This document shows positions 42,146 through 49,680 of a stretch of DNA of 64,000 nucleotides, one piece after another. The position numbers were made by a program, and so were the translations under genes. The DNA lies in the NCBI GenBank assembly GCA_964574995.1, contig CAZNPF010000006.1:42877-106876 (forward strand), written 5' to 3'. How positions within the stretch are numbered: the stretch's first letter is position 1; each line of letters begins with the position of its first letter. The stretch is from an uncultured Pseudomonadales bacterium (GTDB lineage Bacteria; Pseudomonadota; Gammaproteobacteria; Pseudomonadales; JADFDG01). Below the pieces are notes generated by a model. The model made no database searches and was not told the DNA's origin. It was given only the letters and a program-made list of their open reading frames with translations.

Positions 42146-43309
42146 TCAGAAACCGACTGCAAACGCAGCTTTCAGTTCGGTGTATCCGTGTCCTTTGATG
42201 TCCGCGTTTGCGTTTCCGCTGTTATAGCGGTCGAGCTCCATCTTCAGGTACATGTTCTTGACGACATTCCAGTTAATGCCCGCCACACCGATTGACGCTT
42301 CGTCCTCGCTCGTATCTTCGTCCGGATCATGGCTTTCATAACGCAAATAACTGGTGACATTCGTCAGCAGCGGACGTGACCACATCACATACCAACCATT
42401 GCGGTCGATATCGAAACTGCCGACTACGGCATCATCGGTAAACGTCATATTGCCTTGCACGTACTCCGCTTGCAGCAAGCTGCTCCACACCGTACGCCAT
42501 TCCATTTCGAGCCCGGCACTCTGCACGTCGAAATCGCCCGTCATGGGTGCCGTTGTGGACGGGCACGACGGCAAAGGCGAATCGCTGCAATAAGAACCAA
42601 AGGAAGAAGCTGTGTCCGCGTAAAACGAAACGCCTACACGCAAATTATCCGTCGGCGAAAGACGGAAGCGGCCATTGATGGCTTTTTGCTTGTTCTGATC
42701 TTCTTCGTACGGATTTACATCCTGCAGGCCGCCGTTGGCATCATCAAAAGTGTAAACATCGCCGTTGGTGACTTGCAGCACGTAATCCGCATCCATACCG
42801 CTGAGATGGAAATCACCCACCGCACCTAAACCCGCGCCCCAGCGCGGATAAAACCGCACATCACTGCCGAGTTTGTCGATCTTTCCGGTTGCGTAAGGCT
42901 CTTTCACGGAAAGAAATGCCGGCTTGGCCGTGTGGAAATCGTTGTAGATGCCGAAGTTAGTAAACATTTTTCCGGCACGAATGCGTAACGCATCCGACAC
43001 CGTGTATTCCGCAAATGCGTACTCAACGGCGACGTTGCCCTGCCCATCTTCGGTGGCAGCACCGTGTTCAAAAGTAACGTCAGCACTCAGGCGCAGGCGA
43101 GGGTCCGGCTGGGCATTGATCACCAGGTCCAAGGCATCCACATCGAATGAGCCGTTGGGATCACCCTTTTTGTTCTCACCGACCACGTTTTGCTCAAATT
43201 CCAAACTGAAATAGCCATCGATCGAAATCGTATCCAGTGGACCGGCGTATGCTGCGCCCGCCCAAGCGGCCAGCAATGCGGCGAGCGGCTGCCTCATCGA
43301 AGTGGTCAT
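42146..43309 (-). CDS. outer-membrane beta-barrel porin-like protein
   Basis: Lies in ORF 42146..43390. The likely start is ATG 43309, preceded by GAGAGGG. Signal peptide ...LLAAWAGAAYA, alternating beta-strand pattern, and the C-terminal OMP signature ELKAAFAVGF. Confidence 0.65.
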   Translation of the reverse strand: MTTSMRQPLAALLAAWAGAAYAGPLDTISIDGYFSLEFEQNVVGENKKGDPNGSFDVDALDLVINAQPDPRLRLSADVTFEHGAATEDGQGNVAVEYAFAEYTVSDALRIRAGKMFTNFGIYNDFHTAKPAFLSVKEPYATGKIDKLGSDVRFYPRWGAGLGAVGDFHLSGMDADYVLQVTNGDVYTFDDANGGLQDVNPYEEDQNKQKAINGRFRLSPTDNLRVGVSFYADTASSFGSYCSDSPLPSCPSTTAPMTGDFDVQSAGLEMEWRTVWSSLLQAEYVQGNMTFTDDAVVGSFDIDRNGWYVMWSRPLLTNVTSYLRYESHDPDEDTSEDEASIGVAGINWNVVKNMYLKMELDRYNSGNANADIKGHGYTELKAAFAVGF

Positions 43310-43478
43310 AACAACCCTCTCATGCGAAATAGCGGAACTATCACGCAGAAACCTAGCGGTCTGCGCGGTGGATGTATCAACAAAGCCCACACGCTTTGCA
43401 TGGACTGAATGTGCTATCAGGGGTCAGCTCTGTCAACGCCAAGTTACTGACGCTTATTCATGCAAGCGGCAGAGGACC

Positions 43479-43514
43479 CCATAAAAAATCCCGGCTGATG
43501 CCGGGATTTTTTAT
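43479..43514. terminator. bidirectional hairpin terminator, copy B of the perfect 36-bp repeat
   Basis: Identical 36-mer to 41656-41691. It lies 15 bp downstream of the RDD-pilin gene stop and upstream of the porin gene. Confidence 0.8.
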
Positions 43515-43528
43515 GGCAGCGCCTCGTC

Positions 43529-44581
43529 TCAGTGGCAGCGCTCCGGTAACGAGGCAACATCCGCAAAACCATCGCTGTCACATTGCCACCCCAGGCTGCC
43601 ATCCTGCAGCGCCGTGGGGCGCATGGTCAGACTAAGACTGCCATCGCGCGTGAAGACCGTCACGACACCCTGTTCGCCAACGGTGCCCATCGGCAAGCCT
43701 TCACTTTCATCGACCTCGATTTCCATTTCATCCATCGACATCGGCAATGCGCCGCTGTTTCCGTATACGTCTTCGACGCCGGTGGCGAGCATGTTCGCCA
43801 TGTCCACCACATCGGCGGATTGCGATGTGGTAGCGCCCGCCATGTCGCCTTCGCCTTGTTCACCCGCATCCACCGCGGCTTTCGCTTCTTCCCCTTTCTT
43901 CACGTAATCCTGATACGCCGGGATTGCAATTGCTGCGAGAATGCCAACCCACGCCACAAAAAATAGCGCCGTGACAATGGCCACAATCAAGCAGCCGGTT
44001 TGATTGGCTTTGCCGTCGCGATAACTCACCACCGTGCTGGCTACCATGTCGTGTAGCGCCTGTTTGCGGTGTGTGAACGCCGCCATGAGAAAGCCGATAT
44101 ACAACGTGAGATAGCACAGAATCGTTGCGAAATAGCGGCCCGTGGCTTGCGCAAAACTGATTCGCTGCCCGTGAAGATCCGTTACCCGCATACCCAGCGC
44201 GCGCTTGCCCAGCGTGGCCTGCCACGATGAACTTTCCATCAACGCGAAATACAACCAAGGGCCGATCAGCAACGCAGCAAAAACCAACACGCCAAACAGT
44301 GGCGGCGGCTCCGAATGCAGTTGCTCGCCCGAGAATGCATCCATGCCACCCGTCAGCAATACTGCCAACAACATAACGAACAGGATCGCGAGATAGGTAA
44401 TCACCCCGTCGATCACGCGCGCACCGACACGCGCCCAAAAACCGGCATACACCATCGACGCGGATTCATCGCCCGCGACCGGATGCGACGCTGGTGGCTT
44501 CCACAGGGATAAAGACGTGCCGCAATGCGGACAAGAGACCTCGTGATCAGCCACGGGTTTGAAACAAGATGGACAGCGCAT
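43529..44581 (-). CDS. zinc-ribbon / RDD-domain membrane protein fused to a type IV pilin-like C-terminal domain
   Basis: Lies in ORF 43529..44920. The likely start is ATG 44581, preceded by GAGGGAA. The domains are: a CxxC...CxxC ribbon (MRCPSCF...CPHCG); an RDD core (WARVGARVIDG, LGKRALGMRVTD, ALHDMVASTVV); a TM helix ending in GILAAIAIPAYQDY (DNA 43904-43945); and an acidic domain ending WQCDSDGFADVASLPERCH. Confidence 0.75.
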   Translation of the reverse strand: MRCPSCFKPVADHEVSCPHCGTSLSLWKPPASHPVAGDESASMVYAGFWARVGARVIDGVITYLAILFVMLLAVLLTGGMDAFSGEQLHSEPPPLFGVLVFAALLIGPWLYFALMESSSWQATLGKRALGMRVTDLHGQRISFAQATGRYFATILCYLTLYIGFLMAAFTHRKQALHDMVASTVVSYRDGKANQTGCLIVAIVTALFFVAWVGILAAIAIPAYQDYVKKGEEAKAAVDAGEQGEGDMAGATTSQSADVVDMANMLATGVEDVYGNSGALPMSMDEMEIEVDESEGLPMGTVGEQGVVTVFTRDGSLSLTMRPTALQDGSLGWQCDSDGFADVASLPERCH

Positions 44582-44678
44582 GGGGATTCCCTCGACTTCC
44601 GTGTGCTCTGAATGCCGAGCATGCCTCGCCGGACTCGCCCGGTCTACAATCCGAGCGTCTAACCCAAGGAGAACTGCA

Positions 44679-45077
44679 ATGAAAGTGATGTCGATCGCTC
44701 TGTGGTGCGTGCTGGCCGGCGCACTCATGCCGCTGATTTGGACCTGGTATTTCAAATTTGGCGGTGCCGTGCGTTTCCGCCCCCGCGATAACCACAATCC
44801 GCGCGAATTCGCCGAAAAATTGGACGGCGGAGCTAAACGCGCGTACTGGGCGCAACTGAATTCGTTTGAAGCTTTCCCGCCCTTTGCGGCGGCGGTGATC
44901 GTGGCAACACTGGTCGGCAATATCGACCCCGCGCGGCTGGATCAACTGGCTATCGCTTGGGTGGTGCTGCGGCTGATCTACGGCATCTTGTACGTGGCTG
45001 ATAAAGCGTCGCTACGCTCGCTGGCCTGGGGATTAGCCACCGCCTGTTGGGTGGCGATGTTTGTGCTCAGCGCCTGA
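44679..45077 (+). CDS. MAPEG-family membrane protein
   Basis: Start ATG 44679 with SD AAGGAGAA. About 130 aa with 3-4 TM helices, an NHNPREF and AYWAQLNSFEAFP pattern, and a RLIYGILY helix. Confidence 0.7.
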   Translation: MKVMSIALWCVLAGALMPLIWTWYFKFGGAVRFRPRDNHNPREFAEKLDGGAKRAYWAQLNSFEAFPPFAAAVIVATLVGNIDPARLDQLAIAWVVLRLIYGILYVADKASLRSLAWGLATACWVAMFVLSA

Positions 45078-45104
45078 TTCAACGCGCGCGGCAAATCGCA
45101 AAAT

Positions 45105-45133
45105 AAAAAGCCCGGGATTGCCCGGGCTTTTTA
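45105..45133. terminator. bidirectional rho-independent terminator
   Basis: Stem AGCCCGGG (45109-45116) / loop ATTG / stem CCCGGGCT (45121-45128), flanked by A- and T-runs. It lies between convergent genes. Confidence 0.7.
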
Positions 45134-45179
45134 TTTTCTGTCCCACTTTTATTATCTGCCTCACGATGTCCGGCGTTAT

Positions 45180-45923
45180 TCATTCCGGGAAATGCAAACG
45201 CGAGCGCAACTCTTTCAACAAAGGATCGGCTGCAAAAATCTGCTCTGGATTTTGGTATTCCGGGCGCTCCAGCTGAATACGCAAACGCTTCAGCGTTTCT
45301 TTCGGCATCAATTGCACCACCGAATTCGACATCCACAGCGGAATCAAACCACCGGGGTCGGCGTTACCGATCAATTCAATTTCCGTACGCGTGGCCGATA
45401 ACGGCCGTAAGCGCCACCCCGAATGCATCGCCGGCATGCGCACGCGGCCGTCGACTTTCGGCAAGCGATCCGGCGCACCGTCTGCATTCATGGTGACGGT
45501 CAACGTCGTGGGATCCTGCACAGCGCTGGCTTTTACCACCGCATCACGGTCACTCACCGGCCACAAACCACCAATCATGAAATACACGTAGGCATCGTCC
45601 AGTGATTTGCCTTCCACGAGCCGAGACTCACGCATCTGAAAAAACCACTGCGGGTACGCTTTGATATCGGTGACAGCTGCAACCACCACGGCCAGCGGTT
45701 TTTCAACCTCCATCACACCACGAAAATCTTTGAGCGGCGCGCCGGGGATCATTCGTGTCCAAATGCGAATACCGTGGCTATCGCCGACCTGCTCCCACGC
45801 AGGAACATCTGCCGCGGCCTGCAAGGAGATCGGAAAACTGGCGCTCAGCATGAATAAGACAAAAAGCACTGAAAATTTTGTCTGCTGGCGTTTGCTACCA
45901 GCACGCATTGCCACAGACATCAT
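45180..45923 (-). CDS. secreted START/SRPBCC lipid-binding-domain protein
   Basis: Lies in ORF 45180..45953. The likely start is ATG 45923 or 45920, after GGAGGA, overlapping the crotonase stop. It has a signal-like FSVLFVLFMLSASFPISLQA and a START-like core (IKAYPQWF, GLWPVSDRD, PLWMSN). Confidence 0.6.
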   Translation of the reverse strand: MMSVAMRAGSKRQQTKFSVLFVLFMLSASFPISLQAAADVPAWEQVGDSHGIRIWTRMIPGAPLKDFRGVMEVEKPLAVVVAAVTDIKAYPQWFFQMRESRLVEGKSLDDAYVYFMIGGLWPVSDRDAVVKASAVQDPTTLTVTMNADGAPDRLPKVDGRVRMPAMHSGWRLRPLSATRTEIELIGNADPGGLIPLWMSNSVVQLMPKETLKRLRIQLERPEYQNPEQIFAADPLLKELRSRLHFPE

Positions 45924-46792
45924 CAATCCTCCAGCGAAGGTTCTTGCCACCACGGATACGATGATGGCAATCCGCCGCTCGCCTTCGCGTGGAAAACTGG
46001 CGCGCGTTTTTCAAGAAAAGCGGCGAAGCCGTCTTTGCCATCCGGCATTTGATAGGTCTGGTACATCAGTTTGGAATCGATCACATGCGCCTGCATCGGA
46101 TGCGATAACGCCCAGCCACGCCACATCATTTGCCGCGCAATCGCTACCGACACCGCCGATGTGCGCTCGCTCAACCGTTTCGCCAGCGCATAGGCCGCGG
46201 GCAGCAAATCATCTGGCGCATGTACCGAACGCACGAGACCACCGCGCAACGCTTCCTGCGCATCAAACAATTCGCCGGTCAGCATCCATTCCAGCGCTTG
46301 CTGCGGGCCGACCAAGCGCGGCAAGAACCACATCGAGCATGATTCCGGCACGATACCGCGCTGTACGAACACGAAACCAAAACGCGTCTTGTGGGTGCAC
46401 AGGCGGAAATCAAATGGCAGCAGCATCGTGGCACCCACGCCCACCGCCGCGCCATTGATGGCAGCAATCAGCGGCTTGCGGCAGTTATATGCCGCGAGTA
46501 CTACCTCACCACCGGAATCGCGAATCTCGTGAATATTGAGCGAGTCGCCCTGCGGAATGTCATAGCCAAAAATATCGCCTTCAGCTTCCAGCTCCATGCC
46601 CGCGCAATAGGCTTTGCCTTCGCCGGTAAAAATCGCCACGCGCACGGCGTCATCGGCATCGATACGCTTCAAGGCATCGACCAACTCATTTTTCATGGCG
46701 ATGGTGAACGCATTCATACGCGACGGCCGGTTGAGCCGGACTTCGGCAATGCCGTCGGTAACGGTATAACGAATATTTTGATACTCAGTCAT
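45923..46792 (-). CDS. enoyl-CoA hydratase/isomerase (crotonase) family protein
   Basis: The likely start is ATG 46792 (MTEYQNIRYTVTDGIAEVRLNRPSRMNAF). It has an oxyanion-hole segment, FTGEGKAYCAGMEL. Confidence 0.85.
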   Translation of the reverse strand: MTEYQNIRYTVTDGIAEVRLNRPSRMNAFTIAMKNELVDALKRIDADDAVRVAIFTGEGKAYCAGMELEAEGDIFGYDIPQGDSLNIHEIRDSGGEVVLAAYNCRKPLIAAINGAAVGVGATMLLPFDFRLCTHKTRFGFVFVQRGIVPESCSMWFLPRLVGPQQALEWMLTGELFDAQEALRGGLVRSVHAPDDLLPAAYALAKRLSERTSAVSVAIARQMMWRGWALSHPMQAHVIDSKLMYQTYQMPDGKDGFAAFLEKRAPVFHAKASGGLPSSYPWWQEPSLED

Positions 46793-46872
46793 GGTGCGGC
46801 TCCTGCAGGGACGGCACAGCCTAGACGGTGTTGTTGCTGCCGAACAGGGCCAACTCACACTGCCGTACGCGC

Positions 46873-47577
46873 TCACCCCGCGCGATTGCGCCCGCAGCCA
46901 AGATTGGCGGGCACCGCGATATCCATCATCTTCGGATTCGGCAAATCCAAACCGTTCATGATGGCTACGTACTCGGCTTCGCTGCGGCCCGCCAAACGGG
47001 GATTGAACCGCTTTTCTTCACCGATGCTGGAGGCGGTCCAGCCTCGGTAATCGTGCCCCGGATAGACCAAGGTGCTATCGGGGAGCCGGAACAGCCGCTC
47101 GGTAATCGAATGCCAAGATTTATGCGGATCGCCGTTCTGGAAATCCGTGCGCCCGCTGCCACGAATCAGTAATGCGTCACCCGTAAACACGGCGCGGGGG
47201 CTTTGGGGATTCAGCACAAAGCTGAACGATTCGTCGGTATGACCTGGCGTGTAAATCGCCTGTAAACGCAGATCACCCACCGCAAGCATTTCGCCATCGC
47301 GCACCGGATGATCCACACATTCCGCGCGCGTCAGCTCACCCATCACCGTCACGCACCCGGTGGCTTCACGCAAATCGCCAAGACCCGTGATGTGGTCGGC
47401 GTGCGTGTGGGTATCAATAGCACGCAACAATTTCAGATCCAGTTCGCGCAATGCCTGCAAGTAGTGCGGTACGTTCTCTTTCACTGGGTCGATCAACACC
47501 GCTTCATGGCCGTTATCTGCCGCCAACAGATAGGTATAGGTCCACGTGGCGGCATCAAAAAATTGACGAAACAACAT
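46873..47577 (-). CDS. MBL-fold persulfide dioxygenase (ETHE1/Blh-like)
   Basis: DTHTHADH metal motif, YTPGHTDES, and the FTGDALLIRGSGRTDFQNGD pattern typical of ETHE1-type sulfur dioxygenases. Confidence 0.8.
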   Translation of the reverse strand: MLFRQFFDAATWTYTYLLAADNGHEAVLIDPVKENVPHYLQALRELDLKLLRAIDTHTHADHITGLGDLREATGCVTVMGELTRAECVDHPVRDGEMLAVGDLRLQAIYTPGHTDESFSFVLNPQSPRAVFTGDALLIRGSGRTDFQNGDPHKSWHSITERLFRLPDSTLVYPGHDYRGWTASSIGEEKRFNPRLAGRSEAEYVAIMNGLDLPNPKMMDIAVPANLGCGRNRAG

Positions 47578-47592
47578 AGGGCTTGCTCCGGC

Positions 47593-48426
47593 TCAGATAA
47601 CACTTAGCGTTGCCATCGTGATGGCAACTAATAGCAACACGACGGCAAACCCACGCTGCAGACTGACACCCGCGATGCGCGGTGCCATTAAACGCCCCGC
47701 CAACATGCCCAGTAACGCACCCACCACAAAAGGCCCCGCATCCTGCAACGCTGGTAAACGCGCAGCCCACGCCGCCGCCAAAACACCTGCCGCACTGACC
47801 ACGGCAATGGTCATCAGCGAGGTAGCCACCGCCGATTGCATGGATAAACCCGTGCGCGCGCGCAAGGCGGGCACAATCACAAAACCACCGCCAACTCCGA
47901 GCGCACCGCCCAGCAAGCCGGACAACGCGCCGGTCCCGGCTACGGCTGAAAAACAACGGCGATTCCAACGCAAGCGCCCGGTATCCGGATCCACGCTGCA
48001 CGGCACCGATGTCGGCGAGGGCACATCGATCACGTGCGCGCGCACCACACGCGCCGCCGACGGATCTTGATTCGCTTGTCGCCACAAACGCATCGCAACC
48101 CACACCGCAACGAGCGCGAATAAAAAAGTGAGCGCCGCTTCAGGTACGCGCGCCGACATCCACATGCCCAGTGGCGTCAGCAGAGCACCAAATGCCGCCA
48201 TCACCAACGCGGCACGCCAACGCACGACTCGGTTACGCCACGCCACCGCCGTCCCCAGCGCTGCGGATGCGCTCACCGCCAGCAAAGACACCGGCACGGC
48301 TTGCACGAACGGCAAACCCAATCCATACACCAATAATGGCAAGGCCAGCAGCGATCCACCGGCACCGGTCAATCCCAACGCCAAGCCAGACAGCGCGCCC
48401 AAAACCAGCGGCAACCACTCAGCCAT
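47593..48426 (-). CDS. TauE/SafE (DUF81) family membrane protein
   Basis: Polytopic, with LTGAGGSLLALPLL and GALGVGGGFVIVPAL repeats. It overlaps the repressor gene stop by 8 bp. Confidence 0.75.
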   Translation of the reverse strand: MAEWLPLVLGALSGLALGLTGAGGSLLALPLLVYGLGLPFVQAVPVSLLAVSASAALGTAVAWRNRVVRWRAALVMAAFGALLTPLGMWMSARVPEAALTFLFALVAVWVAMRLWRQANQDPSAARVVRAHVIDVPSPTSVPCSVDPDTGRLRWNRRCFSAVAGTGALSGLLGGALGVGGGFVIVPALRARTGLSMQSAVATSLMTIAVVSAAGVLAAAWAARLPALQDAGPFVVGALLGMLAGRLMAPRIAGVSLQRGFAVVLLLVAITMATLSVI

Positions 48427-48691
48427 AGCGCGCCAGCAATTGATTGAGTTCTGCCAAACGCGATAACACCTCGGGCTGTTGCACGCCGGCTTCCGTCAAT
48501 TCTTTTTGGGTGACGCACGCCATCAAATCGAAAAAAGCGCGATCCAGTGCTTTGCGTGCTGCCGCCAATTGCTGCACGACTTGCTCGCACTCTTCTTCGC
48601 GCTCAACCATCGCGCTCACGGCACGCACCTGGCCTTCGACCCGGCGCAATCGCGCTAATACTTTGCTTTTATTCGCGCCCCAATCTTGCAT
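48419..48691 (-). CDS. CsoR/RcnR/FrmR-family (DUF156) transcriptional repressor, CstR-like
   Basis: A 90-aa all-helical protein with RLRRVEGQVRAVSAMVE. It has two Cys (C35, C59) and no His at the usual metal-ligand position (D55). It is the first gene of an operon with TauE and a persulfide dioxygenase. Confidence 0.8.
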   Translation of the reverse strand: MQDWGANKSKVLARLRRVEGQVRAVSAMVEREEECEQVVQQLAAARKALDRAFFDLMACVTQKELTEAGVQQPEVLSRLAELNQLLARYG

Positions 48692-48729
48692 GACCCACGC
48701 TCCGCGCTTGTTTCATATCGCGTCTTTAT

Positions 48730-48745
48730 ATACCCTAGGGGGTAT
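48730..48745. promoter_or_regulatory. candidate CsoR-family operator (G/C tract flanked by an AT-rich inverted repeat)
   Basis: ATACCCTAGGGGGTAT lies within TATATACCCTAGGGGGTATCGTAT. It is centred in the 76-bp divergent region between the repressor gene and the yeeE-like gene. Confidence 0.45.
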
Positions 48746-48767
48746 CGTATCAAGGGTGAGTCGTCTC

Positions 48768-49187
48768 ATGGAATTTCTTCCCGCCATTCTCGGCGGCCTG
48801 TTACTCGGGGCAGCGTCGGTATTGCTCTACGCCGGGCTGGGCCGCATCGCTGGCATCAGTGGCATCTTGTTTTCCGCCCTTCGCGACGCCGAAGGTCGCC
48901 GCTGGCGCGTGGGCTTTCTCGCTGGCATGGTCATGGGCGCGTGGCTGATTGCGGGCTTTGGTATCGCGCCGTCAACACCGGGCGAACCAACCGCAACGCA
49001 GATCGTGTTGCTGCTGATCGCCGGCCTGCTTACCGGTATCGGCACTCGGTTAGGCAGCGGCTGCACCAGCGGCCATGGCATCTGCGGTACTGCACGGCTA
49101 TCGCCACGTTCGCTGGCCGCCACCGCCTGCTTTATGGCCGCCGGTATGGCGGTCGCCACTTGGTTGCGCCCGCTGGTCGCGGGATGA
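48768..49187 (+). CDS. YeeE/YedE-family sulfur-compound transporter, N-terminal-half type
   Basis: Start ATG 48768 within ORF 48444..49187. It carries the GSGCTSGHGICG signature and 4 TM helices. Confidence 0.8.
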   Translation: MEFLPAILGGLLLGAASVLLYAGLGRIAGISGILFSALRDAEGRRWRVGFLAGMVMGAWLIAGFGIAPSTPGEPTATQIVLLLIAGLLTGIGTRLGSGCTSGHGICGTARLSPRSLAATACFMAAGMAVATWLRPLVAG

Positions 49188-49200
49188 AACGGAGTCACGC

Positions 49201-49680
49201 ATGAACACGACACCAACTCCCACTGCAACGCCTACTGCAACTTCTGCCGCCACGCCCGCAGCCATCTCGGTACGCACGGTGTTGTGGCCGGCTGCCATGG
49301 CCGGTCTGCTGTTTGGCGCCGGGCTTGTACTGTCCGGGCTGGCGGATCCCGCCAAAGTGCTGGCATTTCTGACGCTCGCCCCCGGCTGGGACCCCACACT
49401 GCTCTTCGTGATGGCCAGCGCGCTCGTCGTGGCCGTCCCCGGTTTTGCGTGGGTGAAGCGCCGCGGACGTCCTTGGTTTGACGGCACGCTGGCCGCGCCC
49501 GACACCCGTATCGATCGCCGTCTGTTGGTCGGTGCATTGCTGTTCGGCACGGGCTGGGGATTAGCCGGATTTTGCCCCGGCCCGGCGTTGGTGGGCGCCG
49601 GCCTTGGCTTGTGGACGGCGTGGGTGTTTGTGCCGGCCATGATCGCGGGTGCGCTGCTGGTTGATCGACTGACGCGATGA
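49201..49680 (+). CDS. YeeE/YedE-family membrane protein, second-half type
   Basis: Start ATG 49201 within ORF 49075..49680. It has GWGLAGFCPGPA and a Thr/Pro-rich N-terminus. Confidence 0.7.
   Translation: MNTTPTPTATPTATSAATPAAISVRTVLWPAAMAGLLFGAGLVLSGLADPAKVLAFLTLAPGWDPTLLFVMASALVVAVPGFAWVKRRGRPWFDGTLAAPDTRIDRRLLVGALLFGTGWGLAGFCPGPALVGAGLGLWTAWVFVPAMIAGALLVDRLTR

Noticed and set aside
44582-44920. A 113-codon N-terminal extension of ORF 43529..44920, which also overlaps the MAPEG gene region on the other strand.
   Set aside because: The extension has no domain features. A good ribosome-binding site (GAGGGAA) precedes the internal ATG at 44581, where the zinc ribbon begins. The extension would also run through the divergent promoter region and the MAPEG 5' end.
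49201-49270. Imperfect 12-bp tandem-like repeats (cccactgcaacg / cctactgcaact) encoding TPTATPTATS at the N-terminus of the second YeeE/YedE-type protein.
   Set aside because: There are only about two degenerate copies, consistent with a low-complexity Thr/Pro linker rather than a functional DNA repeat.
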